From Alphaproteobacteria bacterium (lineage in GTDB: Bacteria > Pseudomonadota > Alphaproteobacteria > Bin95), in NCBI GenBank assembly GCA_964291285.2, contig OZ219787.1:1952001-2016000 (forward strand): 64,000 nt of DNA, in the 5' to 3' direction. A model generated the notes under the pieces. It did no database searches and had not been told where the DNA came from. It saw nothing but the letters and a program-made list of their open reading frames with translations. The translations under genes were made by a program, and so were the position numbers. The number at the start of each line of letters is the position of its first letter. Position 1 is the first letter of the stretch. Shown here piece by piece: positions 1 to 11,569 of this stretch.

Positions 1-287
1 ACGTCCCGGCGACCGGGATTGTTGAGATAGACGACCCGCCGGCCCGCCTCTTCGGGCGTCACCAGGTCGAGGGACCGCAGGACATGGCCGCGCAGCGCGC
101 GATAACGCCAGACGACCGGGACGGACTGCGAGACGGGCTCCCACGGCTCGATCCTGTTGGCGACCGTCCACAACGCACCGGCGTCGAGGCCGTCGAGCTC
201 GTCGTAATAGGCCAGCAGTTCCGGCGTGTCCGCGACATTCGCCCTGCCGGGCGTGTCTTCCCGGTAGTTCTCGTGCTTCCTGCCCAT
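1..287 (-). CDS. Cupin ring-cleavage dioxygenase, gentisate 1,2-dioxygenase family (5' part; runs off the window edge)
   Basis: Not in the ORF track. Manual translation from ATG 287: MGRKHENYREDTPGRANVADTPELLAYYDELDGLDAGALWTVANRIEPWEP...VWRY...AGRRVVYLNNPG, typical of the GDO N-terminus. GGAGG RBS upstream. Confidence 0.8.
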   Translation of the reverse strand, partial: MGRKHENYREDTPGRANVADTPELLAYYDELDGLDAGALWTVANRIEPWEPVSQSVPVVWRYRALRGHVLRSLDLVTPEEAGRRVVYLNNPGRRD

Positions 288-329
288 CTGCCGCGCCTCC
301 CGACGATGACCGTCAACAGGCCCTCCGCC

Positions 330-1487
330 TCACTCCGCCGCGGCCTTGCGCGCCTCTTCCCTGGCGATTTCGGCGGCGATGGCTTCGGCGGCGGTGCCGA
401 CGAAGAGTTCCCGGTTCTCGTGGCTGTAGTCGTAGGACTCGCGCCTGAGCGCGTTCGAGCCGTGGAAATGCGGCATCACATAACGCTGCACCAGCTCGAA
501 ATGGCGCCTGGTCGCGGGGAAGTCGGCCCAGTTGTGGGCGAGTTCGAGGAAGGCGCCGAAGCCGCCGGAGCCTTCCTGCAGGCGTTCGATATGCTCGATC
601 ATGTCATCGGGCGTGCCGATCACCGCCATGCGGTTTTCGATCAGATAGGTGATCGGGTCGTCGATCTCCGGCGGCACGATCGGGAAGGTCGCGATCTCGC
701 GGAAATATTTCGCCCAGAGTTCGAGGCCGAATTCGACGTTCCGGTAGGCCTGCTCGCGCGTCTCGGCGATATGGGCGAGCGTGACGATGCGCCAGTTCTC
801 TCGGTTCACCGCCCTGCCGTTCTCCGCCGCCGCGCGCTCGCAGAGCTTCCAGTTGTTCGCGTGCGCCTCCAGCGCCTCGGGCGAGGTGCCGCCGATGGAG
901 AGCATGCCGAGCCCGTGCCGGCCCGCCGCCAGCCCGCCCGCCGGTGAGCGCGCGCAGGCCACCGCCATTTCCATGTGCGGCCAGCTGTAGTTCGGCATCT
1001 GGAGCTGTGCCTCGCGGAGCTCGAACCAGTCCGTCTTCATCGAGACGCGCTCGCCCCGGAGCAGCGCCATCAGCGCGTCGAGGGCCTCGTTCATCATGCG
1101 GCGCTGCTCGCGCGGGTCGATCCCCATGCGGAAAGCGTCGCCCGCGAGCGCGCCCGGCCCCACGCCGAACATGGCGCGTCCCTTCGTCATGTGGTCGAGT
1201 TGCACCATCCGGTCCGCAAGCGCGAAGGGGTGGTGGTAGGGCAGCGAGACGACGCCGGTGCCGAGGCGGATATGCCGGGTCCGCTCGGCGGCGGCGGCGA
1301 TGAACAGTTCCGGGCACGCGATGATCTCGAAGCCGCCGGAATGGTGCTCGCCGACCCAGACCTCGTGATAGTTGAGCCGGTCGAGATGCTCGATCAGCTC
1401 CATGTCCCGGTCGAGGCAGGCGGTCGGGTTCTCGTTCACCGGGTGAAACGGAGCGAGAAAGATTCCGAAGCGGAGCGGGGCGGGCAT
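330..1487 (-). CDS. LLM-class flavin-dependent monooxygenase (limonene monooxygenase LimB-like)
   Basis: RFGIFLAPFHP, WVGEHHSGG, RLGTGVVSLPYHHP luciferase-like motifs. Confidence 0.9.
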   Translation of the reverse strand: MPAPLRFGIFLAPFHPVNENPTACLDRDMELIEHLDRLNYHEVWVGEHHSGGFEIIACPELFIAAAAERTRHIRLGTGVVSLPYHHPFALADRMVQLDHMTKGRAMFGVGPGALAGDAFRMGIDPREQRRMMNEALDALMALLRGERVSMKTDWFELREAQLQMPNYSWPHMEMAVACARSPAGGLAAGRHGLGMLSIGGTSPEALEAHANNWKLCERAAAENGRAVNRENWRIVTLAHIAETREQAYRNVEFGLELWAKYFREIATFPIVPPEIDDPITYLIENRMAVIGTPDDMIEHIERLQEGSGGFGAFLELAHNWADFPATRRHFELVQRYVMPHFHGSNALRRESYDYSHENRELFVGTAAEAIAAEIAREEARKAAAE

Positions 1488-1558
1488 GGGAATTCAGGTC
1501 CTTCTGGCAGGTCGCCGCCCATAATGGGCCTCGCGCCCGGATTAGAAAAGACGCACGC

Positions 1559-2797
1559 TCATGGCGGCGCGGGCGCGCGCCAGGGGCGGAGCGCGGGGAT
1601 GGCCAGCAGCACCAGCGCCATGCAGACAAGTCCTTCCGCCGCCATGATGCCGACGGCGGTCTGGGGGCCGAAATGCTCCGCCATGAAGCCGACATGCAGC
1701 GTGCCGACCGGCCCGCCGGCGCCGATGGCGACCGTCATCACCCCCATGACCCGCGCGCGCATCGCCGGCGCGGCGCTGTGCAGGATGAGGGCGCCCTGCA
1801 TGGCCGCGAAACCGGCGAAACCGATGCCGCTCGCCAGCAGCACGGCCATGGCTTCGCGGTAGCCGGGAGCGAAGGAGAAGCCCACGACGCAGGCGAGGAA
1901 CGTCGCGCCGGCAATGACATAAAGGCGCAGGAAATGCCGCGGCCGGACGAACGCGGCAATGACCAGCGCGGTCGCGAATGCAGTCGCCGCCTCGGCGGAC
2001 ATGAGCGAGCCGGTCGCCGTTGCGTCGAGCTGCAGCGTCTGGCGCCCGATGACCGGGAGCATGTTGAGATAAGGGAAGCCGAAGACGTTCATCACGATCG
2101 TAAGCAGGACGGTGCCCAGCACCGCCTGCGCATGCGGCAGATAGGCGAAGGCATCGCGAATGTCGGAAAGGACGCCGCGGCCCGCAGGCGGGGCGGACGG
2201 CCGCCGGTATGAGGCGGAGAAAAGGAGCCCCGCGCTGCAGGCGAAGCAGGCCGCGCCCGCCAGGTAAGCGCCGCCGATGCCGATAGTGTCCATCAGCACG
2301 CCGCCCACGAGCGGCCCCAGCATGCGGGTGAAGTTGGCCGTCGCGCTGTCGAGCGCCATGGCCGTGCCGATGCGGGGCCGTCCGGCGAGGTCTCCCAGCA
2401 TCGTGCGCCGCACGGGGAAGTCGAGCGCCCAGAATACGCCGCTGCAGAACATGCCGACTGCCGCGTGGTGGACTTCCAGTTCGCCGGCGAAGGCAAGCAG
2501 GCAGAGCGCGCCGTTGACGACGGTCATGGCGAGAAAGCCGGCAAGCAGGATCAGGCGGCGGTCGCTGCGCTCGGAAAGCGCGCCCGCAAAGGCCCCGAGC
2601 AGGAACATGGGCGCGAGCCGCAGGAACAGCACGAGCGACACGATCATCGGCGAACCGGTTTCGTCGGTGACGAACAGGCCGATGGCCAGCACTTCCAGCC
2701 AGCGCACGCCGCCTGCCACGGCCCCGGCCGCCCATGCGCGGCGGAAAGGCCTGCGCGCCAGCAGGCGCAGCGGAGCAGGCAGGGCCCGGGGATTCAT
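1559..2797 (-). CDS. MFS transporter
   Basis: About 12 hydrophobic segments; motif A-like GALSERSDRR; 412 aa. Confidence 0.85.
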   Translation of the reverse strand: MNPRALPAPLRLLARRPFRRAWAAGAVAGGVRWLEVLAIGLFVTDETGSPMIVSLVLFLRLAPMFLLGAFAGALSERSDRRLILLAGFLAMTVVNGALCLLAFAGELEVHHAAVGMFCSGVFWALDFPVRRTMLGDLAGRPRIGTAMALDSATANFTRMLGPLVGGVLMDTIGIGGAYLAGAACFACSAGLLFSASYRRPSAPPAGRGVLSDIRDAFAYLPHAQAVLGTVLLTIVMNVFGFPYLNMLPVIGRQTLQLDATATGSLMSAEAATAFATALVIAAFVRPRHFLRLYVIAGATFLACVVGFSFAPGYREAMAVLLASGIGFAGFAAMQGALILHSAAPAMRARVMGVMTVAIGAGGPVGTLHVGFMAEHFGPQTAVGIMAAEGLVCMALVLLAIPALRPWRAPAPP

Positions 2798-2835
2798 GAA
2801 AGCGCCGGACGAGCGGTGCCGCCCGGCCTATCGGC

Positions 2836-2863
2836 AAAAGGCCCGGCGCTCGGCCGGGCCTTT
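2836..2863 (-). terminator. Intrinsic terminator downstream of tRNA-Ala
   Basis: GGCCCGGC/GCCGGGCC stem followed by TTTT on the minus strand. Confidence 0.7.
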
Positions 2864-2872
2864 CGGGCGGGT

Positions 2873-2948
<76 letters not shown>

Positions 2949-3045
2949 CCGGCATGTCCGTGCAACGCGCAGGCCCGCAGCCGGCCGGTTGCGAAGCCTC
3001 AATATAGTCCCTGCCGCCGATTGCCGACAAGGGCAGGTCGGCAGT

Positions 3046-3366
3046 TCAGCCGTCGTCCTCCCCTTCCTTCTTGGCGCCGCCGGCGACGACGTCGCCGAGG
3101 TCTTCGTCGTCGTCAAGGTCCTCGACGTCCCCGTCGTCCTCGTTCTCGTCGTCGAGAGCGATATCGTCCTCGCTCTCGTCCTTCGGCGGGGGCTGCTTCG
3201 GCGCGGCGCGCGGGGCGGGCGGTTTGGCGCGGCGGGGCTTCAGGAAGCTCGCCTGGGAATGCTCCGCCCCGCATTCCGGGCAGGTCGCAGGGTCCTTTCC
3301 GAGGTCGTAGAACTTGGCGCCGCATGAGGGACAAACACGCTTGCTGCCGAGATTCGGACGGGCCAC
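3046..3366 (-). CDS. TIGR02300 / FYDLN_acid family zinc-ribbon protein
   Basis: GTG start; [28 protein letters not shown] plus acidic tail; usual position between tRNA-Ala and aroA. Confidence 0.92.
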   Translation of the reverse strand: MARPNLGSKRVCPSCGAKFYDLGKDPATCPECGAEHSQASFLKPRRAKPPAPRAAPKQPPPKDESEDDIALDDENEDDGDVEDLDDDEDLGDVVAGGAKKEGEDDG

Positions 3367-3457
3367 GGGCGGTCTCCGAAAATTATATGAAACGAAAGCG
3401 GCGAGCGTTTGCCAGAAGGGCGGCGGAGTGTCAAAACGAATTCGACAGGGCGGGGCA

Positions 3458-4792
3458 ATGAGTCCGGAGGTTCGATCGGTGACCGGGACTGGCAGGGCGG
3501 TTTCGCATCCTTGCGGCGCGCTCCGGGGGGAGGCGCGTGCGCCGGGCGACAAATCGGTTTCGCACCGGGCGCTGATGCTCGCCGGCGTCGCCGTCGGCGA
3601 GACGAGGATCGACGGGCTGCTCGAAGGCGAAGACGTGCTGGCGACTGCGGCCGCCATGCGCGCGCTGGGCATCGAAGTGGAGCGCACCGGGCCCGGAAGC
3701 TGGCAGGTCAACGGACGCGGGGTCGGCGGGCTGACCGAGCCGGAGAACGTGCTCGACATGGGCAATTCCGGCACGGCGGCGCGCCTTTTGCTCGGCCTGC
3801 TGGCGACGCACAGGCTGACCGCGACCCTGACGGGCGATGCCTCGCTCCGGTCCCGCCCGATGCGCCGGGTGAGCGAACCGCTGTCCCGATTCGGCGCGGC
3901 CTTTCACGGCCGGGCGGGCGGCATGTTGCCGCTCACCGTCGTCGGCACGGGCTTCCCGGTGCCGGTGCGCTACGAACTGCCGGTCGCCTCGGCGCAGGTG
4001 AAGTCGGCGGTGCTGCTGGCAGGGCTCAACACGCCGGGCGAGACGGTGGTGGTGGAGCCCTCGCCGACGCGCGACCACACGGAGCGCATGCTGCGGCATT
4101 TCGGAGCATCCGTGCAGCAGGAGGAAGACGGCGTCGTGCGGCTCACCGGCGAGCCGGAGCTTGTTGCACGTCCGGTGTCGGTGCCGGGGGACATTTCCTC
4201 GGCCTCCTTTCCGCTCGCGGCCGCGGCCATAGTGCCGGACTCGCGCGTGACGGTGGCCGGCGTCGGCCTCAATCCGGGGCGTATCGGGCTGGTTGAGACG
4301 CTCCGCGAGATGGGGGCCGATATCTCCGTGACGAATGAGCGCGTCGAAGGCGGCGAGCCGGTGGGCGACATCGCTCTCGCCTGGAGCCGGCTTGCAGCCG
4401 TGGATGTCCCGCCATCGCGCGTGCCGAGCATGATCGACGAGTTTCCCATCCTCGCGGTAGCCGCGGCGTTTGCGGAAGGAACCACCCGCATGTCGGGCCT
4501 GGCCGAACTGCGCGTCAAGGAAAGCGACCGCCTGGGCGCGATGGCGGCCGGGCTCGCGGCCTGCGGCGTCGAGGTGCGGGAAAGCGCCGACACGCTGGAG
4601 GTCACGGGCGGGCGGCCCCGCGGCGGCGTCGAGATCGCGAGCCGGCTCGACCACCGCATCGCCATGGCCTTCCTGGTGCTGGGCATGGGCGCGCGCGAAG
4701 CGGTGCGGATTGACGATATCGCGCCGGTGGCGACTTCTTTTCCCGGCTTTGTCGGGCTGATGAACGAACTCGGCGCGGCGGTCGAGGTGTGA
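3458..4792 (+). CDS. aroA: 3-phosphoshikimate 1-carboxyvinyltransferase (EPSP synthase)
   Basis: [45 protein letters not shown] motifs. Confidence 0.97.
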   Translation: MSPEVRSVTGTGRAVSHPCGALRGEARAPGDKSVSHRALMLAGVAVGETRIDGLLEGEDVLATAAAMRALGIEVERTGPGSWQVNGRGVGGLTEPENVLDMGNSGTAARLLLGLLATHRLTATLTGDASLRSRPMRRVSEPLSRFGAAFHGRAGGMLPLTVVGTGFPVPVRYELPVASAQVKSAVLLAGLNTPGETVVVEPSPTRDHTERMLRHFGASVQQEEDGVVRLTGEPELVARPVSVPGDISSASFPLAAAAIVPDSRVTVAGVGLNPGRIGLVETLREMGADISVTNERVEGGEPVGDIALAWSRLAAVDVPPSRVPSMIDEFPILAVAAAFAEGTTRMSGLAELRVKESDRLGAMAAGLAACGVEVRESADTLEVTGGRPRGGVEIASRLDHRIAMAFLVLGMGAREAVRIDDIAPVATSFPGFVGLMNELGAAVEV

Positions 4793-5445
4793 TCGTGACC
4801 ATCGATGGGCCGGCGGCGGCCGGCAAGGGCACGCTGGCGCGGCGGCTCGCGACGGCGCTCGGCTATGTCTATCTGGACACGGGCGCGATCTACCGGGCGG
4901 TCGCGAAGTCGGTGCTGGACGCCGGCGGCGATCCGGACGACCCCGGAGAGGCCGCCGCGCACGCGGAAGCGCTGGATCCGGCCATGCTCGACGCCCCCGG
5001 CCTGCGCGGCGAGGCGGTGGGCGATGCGGCTTCCCGCGTGGCCGCCCTGCCGGCCGTGCGGACCGCCTTGCTTGCCTTCCAGAGGCGGGTGGCGGCGACG
5101 CCGCCGGGGGCCGTGCTGGACGGGCGCGACACCGGCACCGTCATCTGCCCGGACGCGGAACTCAAGCTGTTCGTTACGGCCGGCCTGGAGGAGCGCGCGC
5201 GCCGCCGTCTGGAAGAGTTGCGGTCAAAGGGGGAAACGCTTATGTTACCGGAGGTTCTGGCCGAGGTTGCCGCGCGCGACTCCAGAGACCGCGCCCGTCT
5301 GATCGCGCCATTGCGGCAGGCGGGTGATGCCGTCGAGATCGACACCACGGGGATGACCCCGGATGCGGTCTTCCAGCAGGCGTTATTGCTGGCGACGGAG
5401 CGTCTCGCGGCATTGCAAGGCGGGCCGGACCCGGGCGGACGATGA
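4789..5445 (+). CDS. cmk: Cytidylate kinase
   Basis: [12 protein letters not shown]-loop, [23 protein letters not shown]. Confidence 0.96.
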   Translation: MIVTIDGPAAAGKGTLARRLATALGYVYLDTGAIYRAVAKSVLDAGGDPDDPGEAAAHAEALDPAMLDAPGLRGEAVGDAASRVAALPAVRTALLAFQRRVAATPPGAVLDGRDTGTVICPDAELKLFVTAGLEERARRRLEELRSKGETLMLPEVLAEVAARDSRDRARLIAPLRQAGDAVEIDTTGMTPDAVFQQALLLATERLAALQGGPDPGGR

Positions 5446-5522
5446 GAAAGGATCGGCCTGCCTTTCGCCGATGAGGGCGGATGGCGAGCCGGTTTGCAGT
5501 TGGAAAGGAACGCAGCAGCCGA

Positions 5523-7283
5523 ATGGCTACTTCTCTTGCCGAAGCCGGCGCGGCAGGCGCCGAAAAAGAAAATTTCGCAGCCCTTCTGGAAGAGTCGCTG
5601 GATGCGACCAGGGGCTTCGAAGGAACGGTCGTCAAAGGCCGGGTGATCGCTGTTGAAAACGACATGGCGCTGATCGATGTCGGGCTCAAGGCGGAGGGGC
5701 GGGTGCCTCTCAAGGAATTCGCGACACCGGGCCGGCCGGCGGAAATCTCGACGGGCGACGAGGTCGAGATTTACGTCGAACGCCTTGAGGACAAGAACGG
5801 CGAAGCGGTGCTCAGCCGCGACAAGGCCAAGCGCGAGGAAGCGTGGAGCCATCTCGAAACCGCGTTCAAGGCGAACGACAAGGTTTCGGGCGTCATCTTC
5901 GGAAAGGTGAAGGGCGGGTTCACCGTCGATCTCTCAGGCGCGGTCGCGTTCCTGCCGGGCAGCCAGGTGGACATTCGCCCGGTGCGCGACATCGGGCCGC
6001 TGATGGGCGCTCCGCAGCCCTTCCTGATCCTCAAGATGGACCGCTCGCGCGGCAATATCGTCGTGTCGCGGCGCGCCGTGCTGGAGGAAAGCCGCGCCGA
6101 GGCGCGCAACGAGCTCATCGCCAATCTGCGCGAGGGTCAGGTGCTGAACGGCGTCGTCAAGAACATCACCGATTACGGCGCATTCATCGACCTTGGCGGC
6201 GTGGACGGGCTGCTGCATGTGACCGACATCGCATGGCACCGCATCAACCACCCGAGCGAAGCCCTCAGTATCGGCCAGACGGTCGAGGTGCAGGTCATCC
6301 GCTTCAACCTGGAAACCCAGCGCATCTCGCTCGGCATGAAGCAACTCCAGGTGGACCCGTGGGAGGGCGTGGCCCTCAAATACCCGGTGGGGGCCAATTA
6401 CCGCGGGCGCGTCACCAACATCACCGACTACGGCGCCTTCGTCGAGCTGGAGCCGGGCGTCGAGGGCCTTGTCCATGTCTCGGAGATGAGCTGGACCAAG
6501 AAGAACGTCCATCCCGGCAAGATCGTCTCCACCAGCCAGGAAGTGGATGTGCGCATTCTCGACCTGGACCTGGAGAAGCGCCGCATCAGCCTCGGCATCA
6601 AGCAGACCCAGGCCAATCCGTGGGAGAACTTCCTGGAGCAGTTTCCGCTCGGCAGCACGGTCGAGGGCGAGGTCAAGAACATCACCGAGTTCGGCCTGTT
6701 CGTCGGCCTTCCGGGCGACATCGACGGCATGGTCCATCTTTCCGACCTCGCCTGGGGCCGGCAGGGCGACGACGCGGTGCAGGACTTCTCCAGGGGCGAC
6801 ACGGTCCAGGCGAAAGTGCTGGATGTGGACGTTGAGAAGGAGCGCATCAGCCTCGGCATCAAACAGCTCACCGAGGACCCGTTCGAGAGCGCGACGCGCG
6901 GCGGCGCGCGCAGCGGCGCCCTGCGCCGCGGCTCGGTGATGACCGTGACGGTGGCGGCCGTGCTCGACAACGCCCTCGAAGTGACGCTGCCGGGCGAGCT
7001 CACCGGCGTCATCCGGCGCAGCGAACTCGGTCGGGACCGCTCGGAGCAGCGCCCGGACCGCTTCGCCGTGGGCGAGCGCCTTGATGCCAAGGTCACCCAG
7101 GTGGACAAGGCCGGTCGGCGTATTCAGCTTTCGATCAAGGCGCTGGAAATCGACGAGGAACGTTCGGCGATGGAACAGTTCGGCTCTTCCGACAGCGGCG
7201 CGAGCCTTGGCGACATTCTCGGCGCAGCGCTCCGCGACCGGGCTCAGCGGGAAGAGGAAGAGAACGACAACCCGGACAGCTAG
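5523..7283 (+). CDS. rpsA: 30S ribosomal protein S1
   Basis: Six S1 repeats (VKNITDYGAF, VTNITDYGAF, VKNITEFGLF), C-terminal GASLGDILG. Confidence 0.98.
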   Translation: MATSLAEAGAAGAEKENFAALLEESLDATRGFEGTVVKGRVIAVENDMALIDVGLKAEGRVPLKEFATPGRPAEISTGDEVEIYVERLEDKNGEAVLSRDKAKREEAWSHLETAFKANDKVSGVIFGKVKGGFTVDLSGAVAFLPGSQVDIRPVRDIGPLMGAPQPFLILKMDRSRGNIVVSRRAVLEESRAEARNELIANLREGQVLNGVVKNITDYGAFIDLGGVDGLLHVTDIAWHRINHPSEALSIGQTVEVQVIRFNLETQRISLGMKQLQVDPWEGVALKYPVGANYRGRVTNITDYGAFVELEPGVEGLVHVSEMSWTKKNVHPGKIVSTSQEVDVRILDLDLEKRRISLGIKQTQANPWENFLEQFPLGSTVEGEVKNITEFGLFVGLPGDIDGMVHLSDLAWGRQGDDAVQDFSRGDTVQAKVLDVDVEKERISLGIKQLTEDPFESATRGGARSGALRRGSVMTVTVAAVLDNALEVTLPGELTGVIRRSELGRDRSEQRPDRFAVGERLDAKVTQVDKAGRRIQLSIKALEIDEERSAMEQFGSSDSGASLGDILGAALRDRAQREEEENDNPDS

Positions 7284-7302
7284 CCGGGGACGGCGGAGGA
7301 CA

Positions 7303-8214
7303 GTGGCCGCGCTCGCACCGATCCGCCATGCGTGGCTGAAGCGCCAGCTTCGGCTCTGGCGGTTCGGCGCCTTGTTCGCGGCGGCGGCGGCGCTGGCGGC
7401 GGTGCTGTATTCGGCGGCGGAACCGTTTGCCGATGGCGGCGACCATGTGGCGCGGGTCCATGTCGAAGGCTTCATTCGCGACGACCGCGCGCTCCGGCGC
7501 CGGCTCGACGAAATCGCCGCGGATGATCGCGCCCGGGCGCTTCTGGTCGTCATCGACAGTACGGGGGGTGCAGCAGCCGCGGCCGAAGCCCTGTATTCCG
7601 CGCTGAGAAGGGTCAGTTCAGCCAAGCCCGTCGCCGCCGTCATGGGTGCGACGGGCGCGTCCGGCGCCTATCTGGTCGCCGTCGGCGCGGACCGGATCTT
7701 CGTGCGGAAGACCACGATCACCGGGTCGATAGGCGTCATTCTGCAGGCGCCCCAGGTCGTCGGGCTCATGGAAAAGCTCGGCATTGACGTGGATGTCGTG
7801 CGCAGCGGGCCGTTGAAGACGGTGCCGAATCCGGTGGAACGATTGACGCCTGCCGGCCGCGCCGCCATCCGGTCGCTGGTGAACGAAATCCACGCTCTGT
7901 TCGTCGATACGGTGGTCGAGCGCCGTCAGCTCACACGGACGGAAGTGCTGGCCCTTGCGGACGGGCGGGTTTTCACCGGGTGGTCGGCCGTCGGGAACGG
8001 CCTCGTCGATGCCATTGGCGGTGAGACTGCGGCGCGCGACTGGCTCGCGGCGGAACATGGCATTGGGCGGACTCTTGCATCGGTTGACCGGGATCCGGAA
8101 CGCAATAAGAACTGGTTGGACCGGATTGCGGGTCGTTTATTCGGACAAGGCACGGCTGCAGAGAGTCTTTTGCTTGACGGGGTATTGGCAGTTTGGCATC
8201 CTGCGCTGCGTTAG
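7303..8214 (+). CDS. sppA: Signal peptide peptidase SppA (S49)
   Basis: GTG after GGAGGA; N-terminal TM segment, [21 protein letters not shown]; follows rpsA. Confidence 0.88.
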   Translation: MAALAPIRHAWLKRQLRLWRFGALFAAAAALAAVLYSAAEPFADGGDHVARVHVEGFIRDDRALRRRLDEIAADDRARALLVVIDSTGGAAAAAEALYSALRRVSSAKPVAAVMGATGASGAYLVAVGADRIFVRKTTITGSIGVILQAPQVVGLMEKLGIDVDVVRSGPLKTVPNPVERLTPAGRAAIRSLVNEIHALFVDTVVERRQLTRTEVLALADGRVFTGWSAVGNGLVDAIGGETAARDWLAAEHGIGRTLASVDRDPERNKNWLDRIAGRLFGQGTAAESLLLDGVLAVWHPALR

Positions 8215-8239
8215 TATTGGGGGCGTCGGGGGATTTTAC

Positions 8240-8527
8240 ATGACACGTTCCGAACTCATCAAACGAATTGCAGAACGAAATCCGGAGTTAGCTTACGGCG
8301 ACGCTGTGAAATTAGTTGCTACTTTTTTCGAAGAAATCTCCGAAGCGCTGGCGGAGGGCGACCGAGTGGAATTAAGGGGATTCGGCGCCTTTTGGACCAA
8401 GGAAAGACAGGCGCGCACAGGCCGGAACCCGGCAACCGGCGCGCCCGTGTCGGTCGAGGCAAAACTCCTGCCCGCCTTCAAGGCGGGAAAGCGTCTTCGC
8501 GAACGTTTGAACGGAAAAGCGGAGTAA
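8240..8527 (+). CDS. ihfB: Integration host factor subunit beta
   Basis: MTRSELI...[10 protein letters not shown]...RTGRNPATG...[12 protein letters not shown]. Confidence 0.95.
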   Translation: MTRSELIKRIAERNPELAYGDAVKLVATFFEEISEALAEGDRVELRGFGAFWTKERQARTGRNPATGAPVSVEAKLLPAFKAGKRLRERLNGKAE

Positions 8528-8540
8528 AGGCGGATCGGCC

Positions 8541-8849
8541 GTGGCTTTCATCCGGGCAGCTTCCATTCTGGCGATTGCCTTGGTCGCAGCCCTTTTTGCC
8601 GTTGAAAACATGCACGAAGTTGCGATCGGTGTCTTCCCGGTCGGATCGAGCGTATCGCTCCCGGTTTATCTGATTGTCCTGGTTCCGCTTGCGGTCGGCC
8701 TGGTGGCGGGCTGGGCGTTGTCGGGGATAGCGGGCGGCAGGGCGCGCAAGCGCCGCCTCCGCCGGCAGGCAACGCAGGCAGGCGGCCGGAAGGAAACGGT
8801 TGCGGCAGGCGCTGGCGGAAAGAACCCGGCGCTGCCCGCGGCTCCCTGA
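8541..8849 (+). CDS. LapA-family membrane protein
   Basis: Two TM segments, FAVEN motif, position after ihfB. Confidence 0.75.
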   Translation: MAFIRAASILAIALVAALFAVENMHEVAIGVFPVGSSVSLPVYLIVLVPLAVGLVAGWALSGIAGGRARKRRLRRQATQAGGRKETVAAGAGGKNPALPAAP

Positions 8850-9490
8850 TGTCCGTCCAGGTCAAGATTTGCGGCATCCGGGACCGGGAGGTTCTGGAAA
8901 GCGCCGTGGAGGGCGGAGCCGCGGCGGTGGGCTTCGCCTTCGTTGCGGGCAGCCCGCGGGAACTGTCGCCCGGTGAGGCGGCCCGCCTCGCTCCGCACGT
9001 GCCCCCCGCCGTGCTCAAGGTCGGCCTGTTTGTGGATGCGGAGGACGAGGCAATCGGACAGGCAGCCGAAGCGGCTGGGCTCGATGTCCTGCAGTTGCAC
9101 GGTCGCGAGACGCCGCGGCGCGCCTCCGAAGTCCGTGGGCGTTTCGGCCTTGAGGTGTGGAAGGCGCTGCCCGTTTCCGGGCCGGCCGATGTCTCGGCGA
9201 CCTTTGCATATGAGGACGCGGTTGACCGCCTGCTGTTCGATTCGCGCCCGCCGGCGGGCGCGCGCCTGCCGGGCGGCAACGCCCTTGCCTTCGATTGGTC
9301 GCTGCTTGCCGCGCCCTTGCCGGACCTGCCCTGGCTGCTGTCCGGCGGGCTGACGGCCGACAATCTGGAGGAGGCGGTGGGCGCTTCCGGGGCGGTCGCG
9401 GTCGATGTGTCCTCCGGCGTGGAACGGAGCCGGGGCGTCAAGGACCCGGCGCTGGTCCGCGCTTTCCTGGAGAAGGCGGCAACGCTTTGA
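8849..9490 (+). CDS. trpF: Phosphoribosylanthranilate isomerase
   Basis: [27 protein letters not shown]. Confidence 0.96.
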   Translation: MSVQVKICGIRDREVLESAVEGGAAAVGFAFVAGSPRELSPGEAARLAPHVPPAVLKVGLFVDAEDEAIGQAAEAAGLDVLQLHGRETPRRASEVRGRFGLEVWKALPVSGPADVSATFAYEDAVDRLLFDSRPPAGARLPGGNALAFDWSLLAAPLPDLPWLLSGGLTADNLEEAVGASGAVAVDVSSGVERSRGVKDPALVRAFLEKAATL

Positions 9491-9548
9491 TTTCACAGCC
9501 GGCGCGCGTATGGTCCGGCCCGATTGCGCGACCCGGGGAACGAAGGCG

Positions 9549-10769
9549 ATGAGTCCCGATACCGCCGCCAACAGCTACCGCCTGGGGCCCGACGAGCAGG
9601 GCCATTTCGGCCTCTATGGCGGTCGGTATGTGGCGGAGACGCTGATGCCGCTGATCCGCGAGGTCGGCACCGCCTATGAGGAGGCGAAGAACGATCCGGC
9701 GTTCCACGAGGAGATGGGCCGGTTCCACAAGCACTATACCGGCCGGCCGAGCCCGCTCTATTTCGCCGAACGGCTGACGGCGCATCTGGGCGGCGCGAAG
9801 ATCTACTTCAAGCGCGACGAGCTGAACCACACCGGTTCGCACAAGATCAACAACTGCCTCGGCCAGATCCTTCTCGCCCGGCGCATGGGCAAGACCCGGA
9901 TCATCGCGGAGACCGGGGCCGGGCAGCATGGCGTGGCGGCAGCGACGGTCTGCGCCCGCTTCGACCTGCCCTGCACGGTCTATATGGGATCCGTCGATAT
10001 CGCCCGGCAGGCGCCCAACGTCTTCCGCATGCGCCTGCTCGGCGCCGAGGTGAGGGCGGTCGAAAGCGGCTCTCGCACGCTGAAGGACGCGCTCAACGAG
10101 GCGCTGCGCGACTGGGTCGCCAATGTCCACGATACCTTCTACATCATCGGCACGGCCGCCGGGCCGGCGCCCTATCCGGAGATGGTGCGGGACTTCCAGT
10201 GCGTCATCGGCGACGAGGTGCGCTCGCAGATCGTGGAGGCCGAGGGGCGGCTGCCGGACACGGTGGTCGCCTGCATTGGCGGCGGGTCGAACGCCATTGG
10301 CCTCTTCCATCCCTTCCTGGACGAGCCGGACGTGTGCATTGTCGGCGTCGAGGCGGCGGGGCGCGGGCTGGAAAGCGGGGAACATGCCGCCTCGCTCACC
10401 GGCGGCTCGCCGGGCGTGCTGCACGGCAACCGCACCTATCTGCTCCAGAACGAGGACGGCCAGATCACCGATGCGCATTCGATCTCGGCCGGGCTCGACT
10501 ATCCCGGAATCGGGCCGGAGCACGCCTGGCTGAAGGATGCGGGGCGTGCGGAATACATGTCGGCGACGGACGCGGAAGCGCTCGAGGCCTTCCAGCTCTG
10601 CGCCCGGCTGGAGGGTATCATTCCGGCGCTGGAGCCGGCGCACGCGCTCGCCTGGGTAGTCCGCGCCGCGCCGGACCTGCCGCGCGACCACATCCTGGTG
10701 ATGAACATGTGCGGACGCGGCGACAAGGATGTCTTCAGCGTCGGCGAAGCGCTGGGGATCGACCTGTGA
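9549..10769 (+). CDS. trpB: Tryptophan synthase beta chain
   Basis: [36 protein letters not shown]. Confidence 0.98.
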   Translation: MSPDTAANSYRLGPDEQGHFGLYGGRYVAETLMPLIREVGTAYEEAKNDPAFHEEMGRFHKHYTGRPSPLYFAERLTAHLGGAKIYFKRDELNHTGSHKINNCLGQILLARRMGKTRIIAETGAGQHGVAAATVCARFDLPCTVYMGSVDIARQAPNVFRMRLLGAEVRAVESGSRTLKDALNEALRDWVANVHDTFYIIGTAAGPAPYPEMVRDFQCVIGDEVRSQIVEAEGRLPDTVVACIGGGSNAIGLFHPFLDEPDVCIVGVEAAGRGLESGEHAASLTGGSPGVLHGNRTYLLQNEDGQITDAHSISAGLDYPGIGPEHAWLKDAGRAEYMSATDAEALEAFQLCARLEGIIPALEPAHALAWVVRAAPDLPRDHILVMNMCGRGDKDVFSVGEALGIDL

Positions 10770-11569
10770 GCCGGATCGCGGCGCGCTTCGAGGCCCTGCG
10801 GAAGGCGGATCGCGCCGCCTTCATGCCTTTCGTCAGCGGCGGCGACCCGGATTTCGACACCAGCCTCGCCATTCTGCGCCGGCTGGCGGAGGCTGGCGCC
10901 GACCTGCTGGAAATCGGCGTCTCGTTCACCGACCCGATGGCGGACGGGCCGACGATCCAGGCGGGCGGCGCGCGCGCGCTTGCGGCCGGCATGAGCACCA
11001 GGCGCGTCCTCGACCTCGTGCGCGCCTTCCGGGCCGGGGATGACACCATGCCGATCGTGCTCATGGGCTATTTCAACCCGATATACCGCTATGGCGCGGA
11101 GCGCTTTGCGGCCGACGCGAAGGCGGCGGGCGTGGACGGGCTGATTACCGTCGATCTGCCGCCCGAGGAGGAGGACGAGCTGCGCGGCCCTGTCGAGCGT
11201 GCGGGCCTCGACATTGTCCGCCTGGTCGCGCCGACGACGGATGAGACGCGCCTGCCCGTCGTGCTCAAGCGCGCCAGCGGCTTCGTCTATTACGTCTCGA
11301 TAGCCGGCATCACCGGCACGCGCTCGCCCACGATGGCGGATGTGGAGTTCGCCGTCGGCCGGCTGCGCCGCTTCACCGACCTGCCGGTGGCGGTCGGCTT
11401 CGGCATCAACACCGCGGAGCAGGCCGGCGCCATCGCCCGCGTCGCGGACGGCGCCGTCGTCGGATCAGCCCTTGTCCGCGAGATCGGCGCGGGCGGCCCG
11501 GACATGCTGGAGCGTGTGGATGCGCTCGCCCGCGAGCTTGCCGGCGGCGTCGCGGGAGCGCGCGCGTGA
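10766..11569 (+). CDS. trpA: Tryptophan synthase alpha chain
   Basis: GTG overlaps the trpB stop; [26 protein letters not shown]. Confidence 0.96.
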   Translation: MSRIAARFEALRKADRAAFMPFVSGGDPDFDTSLAILRRLAEAGADLLEIGVSFTDPMADGPTIQAGGARALAAGMSTRRVLDLVRAFRAGDDTMPIVLMGYFNPIYRYGAERFAADAKAAGVDGLITVDLPPEEEDELRGPVERAGLDIVRLVAPTTDETRLPVVLKRASGFVYYVSIAGITGTRSPTMADVEFAVGRLRRFTDLPVAVGFGINTAEQAGAIARVADGAVVGSALVREIGAGGPDMLERVDALARELAGGVAGARA

